A model generated the notes under the pieces. It ran no database searches, was not told the origin of the DNA, and was given only the letters and a program-made list of their open reading frames with translations. Both the position numbers and the translations under genes were made by a program. Positions 63,353 through 64,000 of a stretch of DNA of 64,000 bases are shown here, one piece after another. Each line of letters starts with the position of its first letter. Positions within the stretch are counted from its first letter, which is position 1. The DNA is taken from assembly GCA_047601445.1 (NCBI GenBank), contig JASGJH010000001.1:6496001-6560000 (forward strand), given 5' to 3'. Origin of the DNA: Myxococcales bacterium. Lineage in GTDB: Bacteria; Myxococcota_A; Polyangia; Polyangiales; DASUME01.

Positions 63353-64000
63353 ATGGCCGACCGCGAAGCCGTTACCCAACCGAGCTTCATGCGAGCCCTG
63401 TGTATGGGCAGCATCGAAGAAGATTCGATCTTCCCCTATCCGAGCATGGACGCCGCGGAGCGCGACACCCTCAAGGACGTCATCGGATCCCTGGACTCCC
63501 TGCTCACCCCCCGCGAGGGCGAGTTTCGCCACTGGGACGAAAAGGGGGAAATGCCGGCCGAGTTTATCGAGGAGCTCAGGCAGTTTGGGCTGTTCGGCCT
63601 GGTCATCCCGGAAGCGCAGGGCGGGCTCGGATTTGGTAGTGCTGCATACTCTCGCGCCCTGCAGGAGATCGCGCGCCACGACGCCTCGGTGGCGGTCACC
63701 ATCGGCGCCCACAGCTCGATCGGCATGCGCGGCCTGCTGCTGTTCGGGACCGAAGCCCAGCGGGCGCGCTACTACCCCGAGCTCGCCAGCGGCAAGCGCA
63801 TCGCCGCCTTCTGTCTGACCGAGCCGGGCTCGGGGTCGGACGCCGCATCCATCCGGACCCACGCCGTGCAGGAAGGCGACCACTGGACCCTCAACGGCGA
63901 GAAGCTCTGGATCACCAACGGCGGCATCGGCAGCTTCTTCACGGTCTTTGCGCGCACCGAAGGGCAGGGGCACGGCCGCATCACGGCGTTCCTGGTTACG
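63353..64000 (+). CDS. acyl-CoA dehydrogenase (ACAD9/VLCAD-like), truncated by the window end
   Basis: MADREAVTQPSFMRALCMG...GLFG..IP...GGLG, AHSSIG, AAFCLTEPGSGSDA and NGEKLWITNG. GAGGAG RBS present. Confidence 0.93.
   Translation, partial: MADREAVTQPSFMRALCMGSIEEDSIFPYPSMDAAERDTLKDVIGSLDSLLTPREGEFRHWDEKGEMPAEFIEELRQFGLFGLVIPEAQGGLGFGSAAYSRALQEIARHDASVAVTIGAHSSIGMRGLLLFGTEAQRARYYPELASGKRIAAFCLTEPGSGSDAASIRTHAVQEGDHWTLNGEKLWITNGGIGSFFTVFARTEGQGHGRITAFLVT

Noticed and set aside
63170..63973. N-terminal extension of the histidine kinase ORF (969 aa in the track)
   Set aside because: It is antisense to the acyl-CoA dehydrogenase; the kinase more plausibly starts at 63169.

Overview
High-GC chromosomal segment whose gene content points to a myxobacterium (inference from several Hanks-type Ser/Thr kinases, an FHA-sigma54 activator, PEGA/TPR proteins, Cys-rich and (GD)n lipoproteins, and an AgmX/PglI-type protein). 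It holds about 50 CDS. The right third is mostly housekeeping (prkA, coaD, rsmD, pssA-like, DEDDh exonuclease, GlcD-like oxidase, M16 peptidase, SurA/PpiD-like chaperone, yebC, ruvC). The left 38 kb is accessory, envelope and signalling material lying between prkA and its usual partner, a DUF444/YeaH gene. I found no rRNA, tRNA, CRISPR array, integrase or transposase. The best candidate for an undescribed system is at about 14.0-18.2 kb. It comprises a soluble Ser/Thr kinase fused to a C-terminal globin, co-oriented with an FHA-domain sigma54 activator, and converging on a stand-alone globin. The globin's upstream region has two tandem 19-bp palindromes and a GG-N10-GC sigma54-type promoter, suggesting a haem/gas-sensing kinase -> FHA activator -> globin circuit. 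Other observations are a 42-bp duplication of the prkA 3' end, two single-base frameshifts, three families of intergenic repeats, and a shared C-terminal (N/Q)PY motif on three membrane kinases. All product calls come from motif recognition by eye, not from database searches.
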